From a virus (Duplodnaviria > Caudoviricetes), in the IMG/VR virus record IMGVR_UViG_3300044513_003182, positions 1 to 41,011 of that record: a DNA stretch of 41,011 bases. One strand, given 5' to 3'. This document shows positions 17,901-26,846 of the stretch, in pieces. The notes beneath the pieces are model-generated. The model was not told the origin of the DNA and made no database searches. It saw only the letters and a list, made by a program, of their open reading frames with translations. Both the position numbers and the translations under genes were made by a program. The stretch's first letter is position 1, and each line of letters starts with the position of its first letter.

Positions 17901-19383
17901 ATTCTGCAAAATATGCGTCTACCTGTGCTCTTACAATATCTTCGGGTACGTAATACCCTGAGCCAAACCACCCATTAGAATAAATAGAGCCTACTCCTTG
18001 TCCAGGAAAAATAGACCTTCCAGAACTAGCGGTTTGACCTTCTAATACGTCTCCCCTGTCCATTCGTCCAGTACACAGTACAGGAACTGTATTTTCTGCG
18101 GTTTGAGTTGATCGAGCATCGAAGTCTTGTTTATTTAAGCAAATGCTACCCACATCCTCAAAGTATATATCATACAGACCTTGAATCTCACCTTCGCATA
18201 AAGCATAAGCAACATAAACTTTTGCCGCATCATTATTATCTGTATCAACAAAGAAAGGAATACTGTCAATTTTTTGCACGCCATAAACTACAGGAAGATA
18301 TTTTGAGTCAAGATTAAATCGAAGGTCAACTTCTCTGGGTACAAGTACTTCCCTTTCTTCTTTCTTAACTTTAACACTACCATACCATTTTTTCTTTACC
18401 TTAATATCTATTTCAGTTTCTTTTTGCTGGTAGATGGCGATAATGTTAATTGCTTGTTCACTATGAATGAAACCCAAATCGCTTGCATACTCGGGTCGAA
18501 TAAGAACGGGTAAATCTGGAGTGCCGTCAGCTTTCAAAGCTCGGTGAGACTCATCGTCTGTTCTTCTACCATTAACAGTAATGAAGTCTCCCCAATGGCT
18601 ACTGACGCCCCACTGAGCTGTTGATCCCTTCACAGGATCTTCTGTAAATTTACCAGAGTTTAAAATGCCTTTAAAAATTAAAAAAGGAGTTCCAATTATA
18701 GAACCGTCATCAATATCAATATGAGCTTTATATATAAATACTTCGCGATTAATATATCGCGCATAGCCTCCTGCATCTTTATCTGCTAGCAAGCCCGATA
18801 TATCTGGATTATTTAGTGCGAAACTACCATTTACAGAAGTTTGGTTTGTCAAAGAGCCGCTTATTAAAGTAGTGTTAGCTACTCGATTGTCAGTTTGAAA
18901 ATAGTTTATTCTTACAGTGGCAGTTTCTGATCCTGCTACTACATCAATTTCATGTCCTTCAATAAATCCAAGCTCTACAAAATCTGTATTATTACCTGAC
19001 TGAATTGTAATTGTAGGAGTCGATCCTCCGGTAACATTTATAGTCAGAGTTGAAGTAGATGTGCCAATAGCATTTGCTGCAATTGTTAAATTAAAAGTAG
19101 ATGCACGAGCTTCCGTAGTCTCTGTAATATCAGAAACTTTGAGAAGACGATTTGGCATATAAATTTGAGTGCCATTTGAGTTTCCACTCGCATTAACACT
19201 TCCATCATCATAACTAATTGGATAAGCAGAGTCCGTAATGTAAGTGTAGCTAGATGCTTTTCGAGAAGGGATATTGCCTGATTCGTTTACAGGCTTCTCA
19301 AATTTTACAAGATGAGCGTAAACAAAGCTATCATTCTCGAGAAGAGATGTTTGAAGTGCTGCAGGTAATGTTCTAATAGTCAT
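11974..19383 (-). CDS. Baseplate hub / central tail fibre (T5 pb3-like hub extended by FnIII/Ig-like repeats and a pb4/gpJ-like spike end)
   Basis: 2469 aa following the distal tail gene; LPVVYG, ALCEGEI, STNPA..LLDYL...RYG.GL hub motifs; FnIII-like domain near 15190-15460; C-terminal IQIF..GVERVRIGKL. Confidence 0.85.
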   Translation of the reverse strand: MTIRTLPAALQTSLLENDSFVYAHLVKFEKPVNESGNIPSRKASSYTYITDSAYPISYDDGSVNASGNSNGTQIYMPNRLLKVSDITETTEARASTFNLTIAANAIGTSTSTLTINVTGGSTPTITIQSGNNTDFVELGFIEGHEIDVVAGSETATVRINYFQTDNRVANTTLISGSLTNQTSVNGSFALNNPDISGLLADKDAGGYARYINREVFIYKAHIDIDDGSIIGTPFLIFKGILNSGKFTEDPVKGSTAQWGVSSHWGDFITVNGRRTDDESHRALKADGTPDLPVLIRPEYASDLGFIHSEQAINIIAIYQQKETEIDIKVKKKWYGSVKVKKEEREVLVPREVDLRFNLDSKYLPVVYGVQKIDSIPFFVDTDNNDAAKVYVAYALCEGEIQGLYDIYFEDVGSICLNKQDFDARSTQTAENTVPVLCTGRMDRGDVLEGQTASSGRSIFPGQGVGSIYSNGWFGSGYYVPEDIVRAQVDAYFAESTAPSTSSTNSNPASGVIHEKGRTFNDPIDCRLTFHAGRPNQKADVQLVNKAADGTFKLQNDYFESDDKASYWGPNHRVLDTAYCVAQYTINEGETEIPSLEFTVKGRIIECYNYDYSYVVDTTKTSASLSNFQLATSYDIYNGNGSDSNVNAQIQWMGTIPDENGTEITRVRLNKKITSDTDFSIRNGGNILYLTTYDHVYLSGSGSAIIQEQVSSVATAAETGHPGVDFTIPSGDLSNIIGSEDIRIALLDSSYASYVSTVDLENLNALLGSYSTSNTSASTSVTSVGPTNTNSSQINYAVAKNAVKLPGSPSATDDTYNGLLLEASIAYADGSKYSVTRKIVDYDGGRGIAIVDQDFEPDKIPNGVSWTIKVKSRGDRRVSTNPAMQLLDYLTNTRYGRGLELDQDLDLDSFFETGRKCDRRSDVFVYLSSGTVAVNDNLTYSSGGRVFFKGKVESKTTVGSLTRVKLTNCVGKLGRKWEDWKTFVTGEPYWSKGVVKVATSTATQTEPTGSSDTISLTNSNGGGTVTVSTADAAFDGNPLVKFYSSRNNWIDGYTLYDSDSVSYWRYLGWDYQEQEYVTRHQTNFVIRTETSVFENVNAILGHFGGILRYTDGKYQLAIKDVSETLDSVTANSTTYYPTRITKDDILGSINIEDPGTKGTFNTVSVEIPDPGNRFSNRSVTFLDSNYLKQDRNIPRKGDVKTPGITNYFNSRLNAKQYLEESRYGVKINFTLPPKGYFLLAGEIIRVKYDNLGFDDKLFRVTNVSLSENCLVRVTAEEHTDAAYRIGDPTSSSRGGVGLPVELTVANIGAPTPVSDLTATTTTAGGAIELAWTAPTGFNSDYDSFEIWAGTSPLFTGNSPSTDDAVLLTETKSTAHIHFLPVSDPSTTVSRYYWIRVKRQKSVDQVLRSAYYPSLIASPLPEGVLGTTAVAASGAQVYFSNTSPQIDRNTSPIDYADTTGNITVKLAGTSVPYNNGASPQGNFTFDVSISSTTGITAGALTADITSPIDSNVVEIGEASAWDETTVVPKVTYSVVVKDVLGNTETFVITQNFGLTALPGTAGTSGRNGVALTMTLPAVNFVYNSSTELWVPDSTSTPTLEIDGITNETKSFSQSTSYGSSILTLASSNGLVTFNSSGISTSDLNTINASPVGVTATITDGVFSDGSTFSTSNSPADEAFTVTAFLPVTARGLPGQDGDPAKAVSIDASKYVIAYDSSGTLVDSSNITITANSKNFSDAYFKFTGDGFTDETSFTDGTGQNQDTLTWSPPASYSSSPYTITVEVQEGSSGGTVASDSLTISSVKEAANGTNGTNNATVEIFAVSNSSSSAPALGFTSTLTYTFGGTLSDTSPGNYFTNAPDVTSSNPYLWKRVAVASSTSSTDTIAYTEWSAGVLVGAFGDDGVAGGTSAIVEIFAVSSSNSSAPSLGYTGNLTYTFSTGLLSDTTPGNWSQTPPSVTAANPYLWKRIATAFGAQGATTDTISTSDWSGGAVVGTFGEEGKPAITISFVNETHSFTANSSGVVSDYTGSGTEISVYEGATSVPYDGSAPYATPSYRVSGITGTNITPDTTRTASGNTSLYGPHSNMSDTTASIEYTITVVDSDGDTTTYTKIQTFSRSDAGVAGAAGGPGFFFLKRSDTGYNQGLSAPSSSEIANPANGNVAIVENSYSIYGTAVKLTTTSQTAVYDGSGSPDPDPSTTTMTATTTGFTGSPYYEFLVNGVSQVNSTTSTYTYTFPTTHTTNPDEVTVRVRETETGDILAEDVMSMHCLLSGGTSVSIVLDNEQHTFATASDGTLTTTGSSTDIDVYIGSSQLSYDGSSPYANSTYRVFRTYSFLTDSTASTDGTTYTSGDHDTNVSPESDHPDVAAVTYIIDIVDANGVASQYSVNQIIKKSIRVDSQQLAYKYVNNAWETVDLIRAGVLAADAVTATQLAISNLTDVPAGKESGIFMDATNLRIQIFSEGVERVRIGKLS

Positions 19384-20126
19384 TGTACTTCTTCTAAACT
19401 AAGGGAAAATGAATAAAGATTATTCGTGTCCAAGGAATACTGAATAGCGTCTTTCTTTGAAATAACTTTAATTTTTGGATTTTTATACACGAGAGTAGCA
19501 CTTGTACTGACATCTTTTCTTAGACCTGGAGATAGAGTTAGTCGTAACTGTGCTGAAGTGGGAGCAGATCCTAAGTAATCTGTGTCAGTTTCTACTCTGA
19601 CAATTTTATACGCTTTTAAATGATTGGAGTCACTAGAGTCAGAAAATGTTATAATATCCCCTGGACGAAGCTGCCCATATGTATTATTGCTGGCATAAGA
19701 ATTATTTCCAGCTACAGTTACTTGAGTAGCTCCTGCGGATGCGGCAGTAGCTACAGTGAAAGTTATTTGTGGATTTTGTCCAGCAAGGGTTGAGTCTTGT
19801 GGATTATCATATTGCGGTAATGGTACGAAAAAAGGCTTAAGCATACCTTCTTTTTCAAGAAGAAAAGAGTATACGGGCATAAACTCTTCTTCAGTCATTG
19901 GATTATACTTTATTTCGACGTCAAAGCTATGGGCAGCTTTTGATCTAGCAACAAGAATACCAGAATTTGTTTTATCCATTGAAGTTTGGAACTGAGAAGT
20001 TACTTGTACAGACGCGTAACCCGGGCCTGTAGAGTATCCAGCATTTCCACTCGCTGAGCTACCATCGTAAGCAATCCCATTACTAGGGTTTGGTAAAACA
20101 TTTTGATAGCTAGAAAAAGTCGCCAT
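19380..20126 (-). CDS. Distal tail protein (T5 pb9-like)
   Basis: Position between tape measure and hub; LPNP...GPGYASV, I.YNPMT.EEF.PVY.FL, PF.V.LPQY, H.KAY.I.RVE motifs. Confidence 0.85.
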   Translation of the reverse strand: MATFSSYQNVLPNPSNGIAYDGSSASGNAGYSTGPGYASVQVTSQFQTSMDKTNSGILVARSKAAHSFDVEIKYNPMTEEEFMPVYSFLLEKEGMLKPFFVPLPQYDNPQDSTLAGQNPQITFTVATAASAGATQVTVAGNNSYASNNTYGQLRPGDIITFSDSSDSNHLKAYKIVRVETDTDYLGSAPTSAQLRLTLSPGLRKDVSTSATLVYKNPKIKVISKKDAIQYSLDTNNLYSFSLSLEEVQ

Positions 20127-23100
20127 TATTTAGTACCTTGATAAACTCTTGTTCCTGTAGAACTCGGGGTGTATACTCCAGTATCCACTGCCTCTAAAAA
20201 CTCATTTCCGTAGGAGTTTGCTGCTTCGCGTATAACTCCGATAATTGTTCCGCGCTGTCGAGTAATTACTTCGTCAACACCTGCGGCATCTATTGCATTA
20301 ATTGTAAAGTTTACATTGGTCGGTGCGGAGTTGATCTGTGCTGTTTCGTCTGCGGGAACAACGGTTCCGGGTCTGTCAGGAACAAACAGTTCTGGCCCTT
20401 GCTCGCCTACAACATAGCCCGTAGTGGCTCCGCCCATTGCCCTATACTTCGCACCCATAAATGCGGGAGTAAAGTTTTCTGGGCCTCCCATTCCTTGAGC
20501 ACCACGAAGATATGAAACTTCTCCTGCAGATGATTGAGTCTTAGCTAAGTCGACTGTTGATTGTCTCTTTCCAATTGACAGAGTAGTAGGAGTGGAAGCT
20601 CCTGCTGAGGGAGTACCTCCCCCTCCTTGAAAAGAAGTTCCAGCAATTATAGCAATTTGTGCGGCACCTAAAGCTAAAGTAATGCCATTTAACATAGCTA
20701 AAGTTGCACCGAACACTGCAGGGGCGGCAGGGCCAGCGACAGCAGCGGCTCCGGCCGCTGCTGATACATTGGCAACCATTGCGGCGGCGGTATTTATAGC
20801 TGCCATTGCCATTTGAACTTTTTTATTGGTTTCAAAGGCTTTTCTTTGCTGAGCTTCTTTTTTCTTCTCAAGTGCCTTTATTTTTTCAACACTTTGTTTT
20901 GACTTTCCATCTCTCTTTTGTTCTGCAGCAATTTCTTTATCTATTGCTGCTATTTTAGCATTTGAGGAAGCGGCAAGTATACTGCCTAAACTAGATACAA
21001 TACCTCCTACTGCAGCAATTTTTTCTGCAGTAGTAGAGCTTGAATTAGCTAGAGTAGTGAAAGAATCCATCATTGTCAGACTTCCTTCACTTATAGCTGC
21101 TACTAATTCTCCATCTGGGCCTAGCTTTCTAAGGTCTTCTAGCATGGGGGCCATACCTTCTCTTAAAAAGCCTACTGCGGCATGAACTGTGTCAAAAGTA
21201 GACCCACCCTCATCTTTAATAACTTGTAATGCGGTTTTAAATCTATAAGCGGCTAAAGTTGCTTGATCAAACCGATTTAAAAAAGCCTGTGTAGCTGGAT
21301 CAGACGTACCGCCTCCTCCAAAAGCAGCATCAATTAATGCCCCTTTAAGATTAGCCTTTGCAGCGTCTACTCTAGCTGTTAAACTACTTATAGTAAGTGA
21401 CGACTCCTTATCAAAACCCTGTAAAATTGTATCTTTGTTAATTAGTTCTTGTGGTGTAGCACCTTCTTCCAGATTTTGATTACTAGTACGTATTTGGGCA
21501 TTAATCGACTCGATTTTTGCATCAAGTATCAACCTTTCTACGGCCAATCTTGCCTTTGCAAGCTCCAACTCTATCTCTGCAAAGTCTACCGCACTTTCTG
21601 CAGCCGTAATTTGTGCCTCTATTTGCTGCTGCTCGGTAGTGCCTGCTCCTCTACCACTTAAAGCATTCTCTATCTTTTGTCGATTTTCTAACTCTTTAGC
21701 CGCTGTTCTGTCCATTTCTTTTGCAATACTTAAGGCCTTATCACTAATATCCAGCTGTTTTAGTTGAACTTCATAGCTCATCTGCTCAGCACCCAGTATC
21801 GAAGCTGATAAAGATGCTTCCTGCGTTTGTAAATCTATTAAAGTGGCTCGGGCTTGTAATAATTCATAAGGAACTGGCGGTGCGCTTTCCGAATTATTTT
21901 TTGCTGTCTGTACTGCTAGATCATAAGCGCGCTTCTGTCTATCGAACTCCATCTTGGCGAGAGTTATTTGCTCAGTAACTCTATCTTTTTGTATTTGAGC
22001 TATCTGATTCTCATAGTTCAAGATTGCTTGGTAAGCTTCAATATTTAAAGTTCCCGCCGTTTTTAATACGGCGTTAGTAGCCTTAAGTGTATTTAATCTT
22101 CTCTTTTCGGTTAATTCTAATTCTGTAACTTTTCTTAAGAGTTTATCAAAGTTATTTATAGATTCGACCTGCTGTTCACCAGTCATATTACTTAAATTTA
22201 ATAACTCTTTGAAAGCTGTCGGTAACTCATCAATTTTTGCAGCTAGTTGTTCTGCACTTAATCCAGATTTATTAAGCTCTATAGCTATTGTAGAAATTCT
22301 AGGAGCAATATCTGAAACACTGCTTTTTGACTGCGATAACTTAGTAATAAAATTACTCAGAGAGTCACTAGCCCCATCAATGCTAGAAGAAATATTTTGA
22401 GAGCTTTCTCCTAAGGCTACTAGTTCTCCTGTAGAGTCTTGTAATAATTTTAATATAAAGGCTCTTTTTTCGGCTTCAGTATCTAAACTTCCAGATCTAT
22501 CAACATCTGCTGCTTGAGCGGCCTGTTTTACTGTTTCGGAAAGACCTGTTGCATCAACATCTTCAAAAGCTTTAGCTATATTTTGGCTTATAGCTTTGGG
22601 GTCGATATCTTTTCCAACCCCTAAAATAGCGTCGTTTAAGGCTCGGGCTGCATCGGCATTATTCTCAAAAATTTCGAGGAAACTTCTTGCACCTTCAGCT
22701 CCCGCTTTAAAGAATATATCAGCCTCTGCCGCATTAAATGCTCGACTTAACTCTTCAGACAAAAGGCTTGCTTGGTGTGTAGTTGCTGCAATTTCTGCTT
22801 CCGTAATTCCAAAAAACTTTGCAAATAAGGTCAACTCACCCGTTGCATCACTTATAGCTAAGTCTGCAAAAAGTTGATTTATATCAGAGCCCATCTTTCT
22901 GAGACCTAGTGCTATATTACCGAAGGCCCTTGATACCCTATAACCGCCTGACTCAAAAGATCTTACAAGAGAATTCCATAAGCTACCTATTATAGTAGTA
23001 TTAGAGGCTACTAATCTTTGCTCTCTATCAAAGTCTTGTAGTGCTTTTAGTGTTGATTTAATAGCGCTTGCTTGAGCCTCTATTAAAGTAAGTTCGGCTT

Positions 23101-25027
23101 TTACGGCTTCTACCCTAAGCTGCCTTTCAATGGTAAGTTTTTCCTCGGCAGTTAAAGTTTCTTCTAAAACAGTAACATACTCGTACTGTTTTAGGGTAGT
23201 GCTTACTAGGGCTTTTTCATACGCCTTAGTAACATCCTTTAAAGTTTCTGTGCTTGCAACAATAGATTCTTGGGCTTTTTCTAACTTTTTGGCTTCGGGT
23301 AAGAGTGCTATAATTTTCTTAAATACTGATATTACTAATTCGAGGCCTATACTAAGAGCTAAAACTACTTGTCCAATAATTGGGACTGCGTAAATTATGC
23401 CCCTAAGAGCAACTTTTCCTGCAATACCAAAACGTGCCCAAGCAAGAGTGCCTGCTGTTAATCCTTTAGAAATTCCTCCTAAGAACTTTCCTATGATAGG
23501 TAAGTTTGTTAAAAAAGACATATTTGCCTTTCCAGAGTTTCTTAAAGTATCGCTATACTCTTTCCCCAAAACATTAGCTTCTTTAAATTTATTTTTAAAA
23601 TTTTCAAAGCTGGGATTCTCGTCTAATTCTTCAAATATATTTGCTTGTTTCTTAGCTATAACTGATAGAGTTTTTGCAAGTTCTGGATCAATACTTGGAC
23701 CTTTTCCTTTTCCTATTTCTTCTCGAATTCTACCTCTTAACCCAGTTAGTTCAGATATATCTTTTTTAGACTTTTCAATGCCTTTTTGGGTTCTATTTGC
23801 GTTTCCTAAAGCCTTGGTCCGTTTTTCAATAGTTCTTGTTAGCTCTTTTTCTTGCTCAATTAAAGCATCATAGCTTTTTGCTTGTGAAGCAAGTTCTGAG
23901 TACTCTTTAGCAACTTTGCCTAACTCCTCTGGAATTTTTTTAAGCTCTTTCTGTGTTTCTTTAAATGCTTTTTTCTGTGCTTTTCCAGCTTTTCTTGCAG
24001 CATCCGCTGTTTTTTGAGCAGATTCAGCTGCAGATTTAGACAAACTTCCAAAAGCTGAAGCAGCTTGGGCGGCAACTCCTTTAGTTAAGACTAAAATAAA
24101 ACCTAATAGTACAGCTTTATTCTCGGCTAATATAGATACTAAAGGCCCTAATACGGTATTAACTATTTTTAAGAAGCTATTTGCTAGATCCTGTAAAGAT
24201 GCTGCGAGTTGATCGTATGGGTTGGGGTCAACATCAATATCCCCAAACTTAGATAGACCTTGCTCAATAGTAGCATTAGCAAAAGCTTGCTGTCTCTCAA
24301 AAGCAGTTAATTGACCAACAGTTTTGCCTATCTGAGCAGCGTAAGAAGCAGTAGCGTCATCTAGACGTACAATAATACCTAGTTCATCTAGAATTTCAGG
24401 TTCTAACTTAGCTACACCACGGGTAAGTCGATCAACCGCATCTCCTACGTCTCGCCCTAAAGCAATCGCGGCTTTTTTACCTACTTCCGCTAGCTGTTCT
24501 ATTTGGTTTGCATCAAAGCCAGAAGAAGAGGCAAAAGAAGCAGTCCGTAATGCTTGATCTAAAGAAATGGCAGCTCCGGTTGCTTCCTTTAAGGATTCTG
24601 CAAGTAAAGGAATATTTTGACCCGAAGCCGCTCCTAAAGCAGTTACACCTTCAATCAAAGTCTCTATTTGAGCGGCGCGTCGTAAAGCACCAAAAGCCGC
24701 TGTTGCTGCAAATAAGTTTGCAGCAATAGTCGCATAAGCACCCACTAATCCAGAAGAACCACTTCCTATAGCATCGCGCTGTTTACTAAATGCTTTTGTC
24801 CCGTTGGCTGTAGCTCCAGCTACACCTTTTTGGCCTCTGTTATAGTTACGAGTACTAGCATCTAAGTCATCGGTGGCTTTCTTATTTTTCTTCTTCTGTT
24901 TTACTTGCTTTTCTTCTGCCTCAGACGCTTTATTAATAGACGCACCAAGCTCCTCCACTTGACGTTGGACGATCTTGATATTTTTTCCTTCTACAATTAC
25001 TTCTAACAGAACGGAGCTATCAGCCAC
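20126..25027 (-). CDS. Tail tape measure protein (T5 pb2-like)
   Basis: 1633-aa Ala/Leu/Lys-rich helical protein; GLVGAYA..AAN.FA, RL.RG.AKLEPEILDELGI.VRLD, hydrophobic segments, C-terminal RA.GG..Y.VGE.GPELFVP; follows the chaperone pair. Confidence 0.93.
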   Translation of the reverse strand: MADSSVLLEVIVEGKNIKIVQRQVEELGASINKASEAEEKQVKQKKKNKKATDDLDASTRNYNRGQKGVAGATANGTKAFSKQRDAIGSGSSGLVGAYATIAANLFAATAAFGALRRAAQIETLIEGVTALGAASGQNIPLLAESLKEATGAAISLDQALRTASFASSSGFDANQIEQLAEVGKKAAIALGRDVGDAVDRLTRGVAKLEPEILDELGIIVRLDDATASYAAQIGKTVGQLTAFERQQAFANATIEQGLSKFGDIDVDPNPYDQLAASLQDLANSFLKIVNTVLGPLVSILAENKAVLLGFILVLTKGVAAQAASAFGSLSKSAAESAQKTADAARKAGKAQKKAFKETQKELKKIPEELGKVAKEYSELASQAKSYDALIEQEKELTRTIEKRTKALGNANRTQKGIEKSKKDISELTGLRGRIREEIGKGKGPSIDPELAKTLSVIAKKQANIFEELDENPSFENFKNKFKEANVLGKEYSDTLRNSGKANMSFLTNLPIIGKFLGGISKGLTAGTLAWARFGIAGKVALRGIIYAVPIIGQVVLALSIGLELVISVFKKIIALLPEAKKLEKAQESIVASTETLKDVTKAYEKALVSTTLKQYEYVTVLEETLTAEEKLTIERQLRVEAVKAELTLIEAQASAIKSTLKALQDFDREQRLVASNTTIIGSLWNSLVRSFESGGYRVSRAFGNIALGLRKMGSDINQLFADLAISDATGELTLFAKFFGITEAEIAATTHQASLLSEELSRAFNAAEADIFFKAGAEGARSFLEIFENNADAARALNDAILGVGKDIDPKAISQNIAKAFEDVDATGLSETVKQAAQAADVDRSGSLDTEAEKRAFILKLLQDSTGELVALGESSQNISSSIDGASDSLSNFITKLSQSKSSVSDIAPRISTIAIELNKSGLSAEQLAAKIDELPTAFKELLNLSNMTGEQQVESINNFDKLLRKVTELELTEKRRLNTLKATNAVLKTAGTLNIEAYQAILNYENQIAQIQKDRVTEQITLAKMEFDRQKRAYDLAVQTAKNNSESAPPVPYELLQARATLIDLQTQEASLSASILGAEQMSYEVQLKQLDISDKALSIAKEMDRTAAKELENRQKIENALSGRGAGTTEQQQIEAQITAAESAVDFAEIELELAKARLAVERLILDAKIESINAQIRTSNQNLEEGATPQELINKDTILQGFDKESSLTISSLTARVDAAKANLKGALIDAAFGGGGTSDPATQAFLNRFDQATLAAYRFKTALQVIKDEGGSTFDTVHAAVGFLREGMAPMLEDLRKLGPDGELVAAISEGSLTMMDSFTTLANSSSTTAEKIAAVGGIVSSLGSILAASSNAKIAAIDKEIAAEQKRDGKSKQSVEKIKALEKKKEAQQRKAFETNKKVQMAMAAINTAAAMVANVSAAAGAAAVAGPAAPAVFGATLAMLNGITLALGAAQIAIIAGTSFQGGGGTPSAGASTPTTLSIGKRQSTVDLAKTQSSAGEVSYLRGAQGMGGPENFTPAFMGAKYRAMGGATTGYVVGEQGPELFVPDRPGTVVPADETAQINSAPTNVNFTINAIDAAGVDEVITRQRGTIIGVIREAANSYGNEFLEAVDTGVYTPSSTGTRVYQGTK

Positions 25028-25419
25028 GAGTTTTTCTCTTTATCTTGTCGTACTCACGTTTTAATTGATCTTGAGATCGCTTAATTGCGTGTGCGTCAAG
25101 CTTTGACAATGCTTCCATAACAAGGGGTACATTATCAACTTTATAAATTTCCAATAAGATAGGTAAATTGGTAAAATCCTTGCCAACATATCCTATCTCA
25201 GGATAAGCCCTATCTCCTAGGGTATTAAATATATTTATAGCATCTATTAAAACTTCGGGGAAGTCTTCTGCTCCTGGAGGGCAGTCTTCTATTTTTGGTT
25301 CTCGGCCTAATTGTTCTTGCATTTCCAAGTATTTATCCTTGGTCATGCCTACATCGCTATTATTCTGCCACTTCTCCAGCCTCTCCCACATTAGATCTAT
25401 CTGATCCTGCGCGAAAGTT
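25020..25419 (-). CDS. Tape-measure chaperone, second (gpT-like) reading frame; probably reached by frameshift, or from ATG 25391
   Basis: MTKD.YLEM.EQLG.EP....PP...DFP, F..LGDR.Y..IGY.GKD motifs; overlaps the upstream chaperone in the +1 frame; the 5' coordinate is the inferred slip site. Confidence 0.75.
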
Positions 25420-25806
25420 GTCGAGATCAAACACGACCTCGTTAATCCAAGTATCAAACTCGCTAGAATTTTGAACTAGTACTTGAGCCTGCTCCTGATC
25501 ATAAGGCAACTCGGCCTCAGGATCATTTTTTCCTAAGTCTACTAATAAAAGGTCTTCAAGAAACTTTAATTTAAAGCCCTTCCAACCTTTAATAGTTGCT
25601 TGAGTAAACTCTCGAACAAATTTATCTTCGTCAAGTACTTCTTCAGGCTGTCGTGTTTTGCGATCAAACTTTGTTGACACACAACGCTTACGAAGAGCAA
25701 TTAGCTCTTTTCGTGATAAATTAGTTACTTCTACTTCAAATCCGTTGCACCCGGGGAACTCAATCCAAGCTGACTTGGTGTCCACCATTAAATCTGTTAA
25801 TTTCAT
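25360..25806 (-). CDS. Tail assembly / tape-measure chaperone (gpG-like, T5 p139-like)
   Basis: LSRKEL..LRK.C....FDRKTRQ..E.LD.DKF, IKGWKG.K..L, FD.WI.E.V.DL.NF; AGGAG RBS; synteny. Confidence 0.85.
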   Translation of the reverse strand: MKLTDLMVDTKSAWIEFPGCNGFEVEVTNLSRKELIALRKRCVSTKFDRKTRQPEEVLDEDKFVREFTQATIKGWKGFKLKFLEDLLLVDLGKNDPEAELPYDQEQAQVLVQNSSEFDTWINEVVFDLDNFRAGSDRSNVGEAGEVAE

Positions 25807-25814
25807 TAATACTC

Positions 25815-26747
25815 CTAGTATGTAAAATAGTTATTTAAAGACGTTGGGCTTACAATCAGCCTATAGTCATAGTTTTGAACAAACACTTCTCCAAAAGAAG
25901 CTCTATTAGTAAACGAACAGGCATTCGGCATATTTATATCCAACTGAGGGCTAGAAGTGGAGTTACCCGCTTTGATCCGAACAGTTGTTGCTTCCTGCCA
26001 TGTTTGTAAGTTAGAGGTAGAGGTAGAAATATCGCTATTTATATACTGACGAATACTACCCCCTAGACTTCTTGACTCTAAAGAAAAAGAAGTGGGATAG
26101 GTAGATGTTGCAGCATTAGTAGCCGATAGACTATTTTGAAGAGTGTTGTTTTTAGTCCATTCTATATTGTTCTGGACTTCAAGAGACGCACCCAAAATAT
26201 TGTCTAAAACATTCGACCCTACCGTTACCTCTAGTGCAGTATTCTGAACAAAGTTCTCAGAAGACCTAAATGCACTATCAGTTCCCGAAAAAGCGCCTTC
26301 CACTCGTGTGAGTTTAGAGCCTTCTCCAGTCAAGTCTACAGTTAATATCCCTTTAGTTGGAATATTAAAGGTTCCACCTGTGAATACACATTTTTCTATT
26401 TTATAGTAAACTGCTGGACTATAATCCGCGTATACAAAGTATAGATTAAACGTATTGTAAGTGTTACCTGAATAATTTAACAATAAATCAAGTGGTTTGT
26501 GTTGGTTGGATGCGGGGTTCTGTTGATCTACTAGATAGATACCAAAACTGAAATTTGCCTCATTTGCTTCATTAATCTCTGATCCTTCAAAGAGATCGTT
26601 TAAACTATGAAGAGTTCTTTTCTTTATTCCAGACTGTTTAAAAGACTGGCTAAAAGTTATGTCTTTCTTAACGTGCAGACGGTAAAAGGAGGACACCGAA
26701 GTATCCTCCAACCAAACCTGACCGTCTCTAAGAAATTCAAAACTCAC
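25815..26747 (-). CDS. Baseplate tube / minor tail protein (T5 p140-like)
   Basis: Paralogous to the tail tube protein (FSQS, N.I, R...GS motifs); GTG start with AGGAG; synteny. Confidence 0.8.
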   Translation of the reverse strand: MSFEFLRDGQVWLEDTSVSSFYRLHVKKDITFSQSFKQSGIKKRTLHSLNDLFEGSEINEANEANFSFGIYLVDQQNPASNQHKPLDLLLNYSGNTYNTFNLYFVYADYSPAVYYKIEKCVFTGGTFNIPTKGILTVDLTGEGSKLTRVEGAFSGTDSAFRSSENFVQNTALEVTVGSNVLDNILGASLEVQNNIEWTKNNTLQNSLSATNAATSTYPTSFSLESRSLGGSIRQYINSDISTSTSNLQTWQEATTVRIKAGNSTSSPQLDINMPNACSFTNRASFGEVFVQNYDYRLIVSPTSLNNYFTY

Positions 26748-26760
26748 CTTGACTCCTATT

Positions 26761-26798
26761 TTGTGAAAAGGGGAGAAGTTTCTCCCCAGTTTTCACAA
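26761..26798 (-). terminator. Extended hairpin / probable intrinsic terminator after the major tail gene
   Basis: Minus strand TTGTGAAAA-CT-GGGGAGAA-AC-TTCTCCCC-TTTTCACAA. Confidence 0.65.
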
Positions 26799-26838
26799 TT
26801 ATACTAAACTAATAGAAAATTGTCAAGATTTATTTTTT
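26798..26838 (-). promoter_or_regulatory. Consensus sigma70 promoter P2 upstream of the p140-chaperone-tape measure genes
   Basis: AAAAAATAAATC-TTGACA-17 nt-TATAAT (-35 at 26826-26821, -10 at 26803-26798). Confidence 0.9.
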
Positions 26839-26846
26839 ATCAGGTC

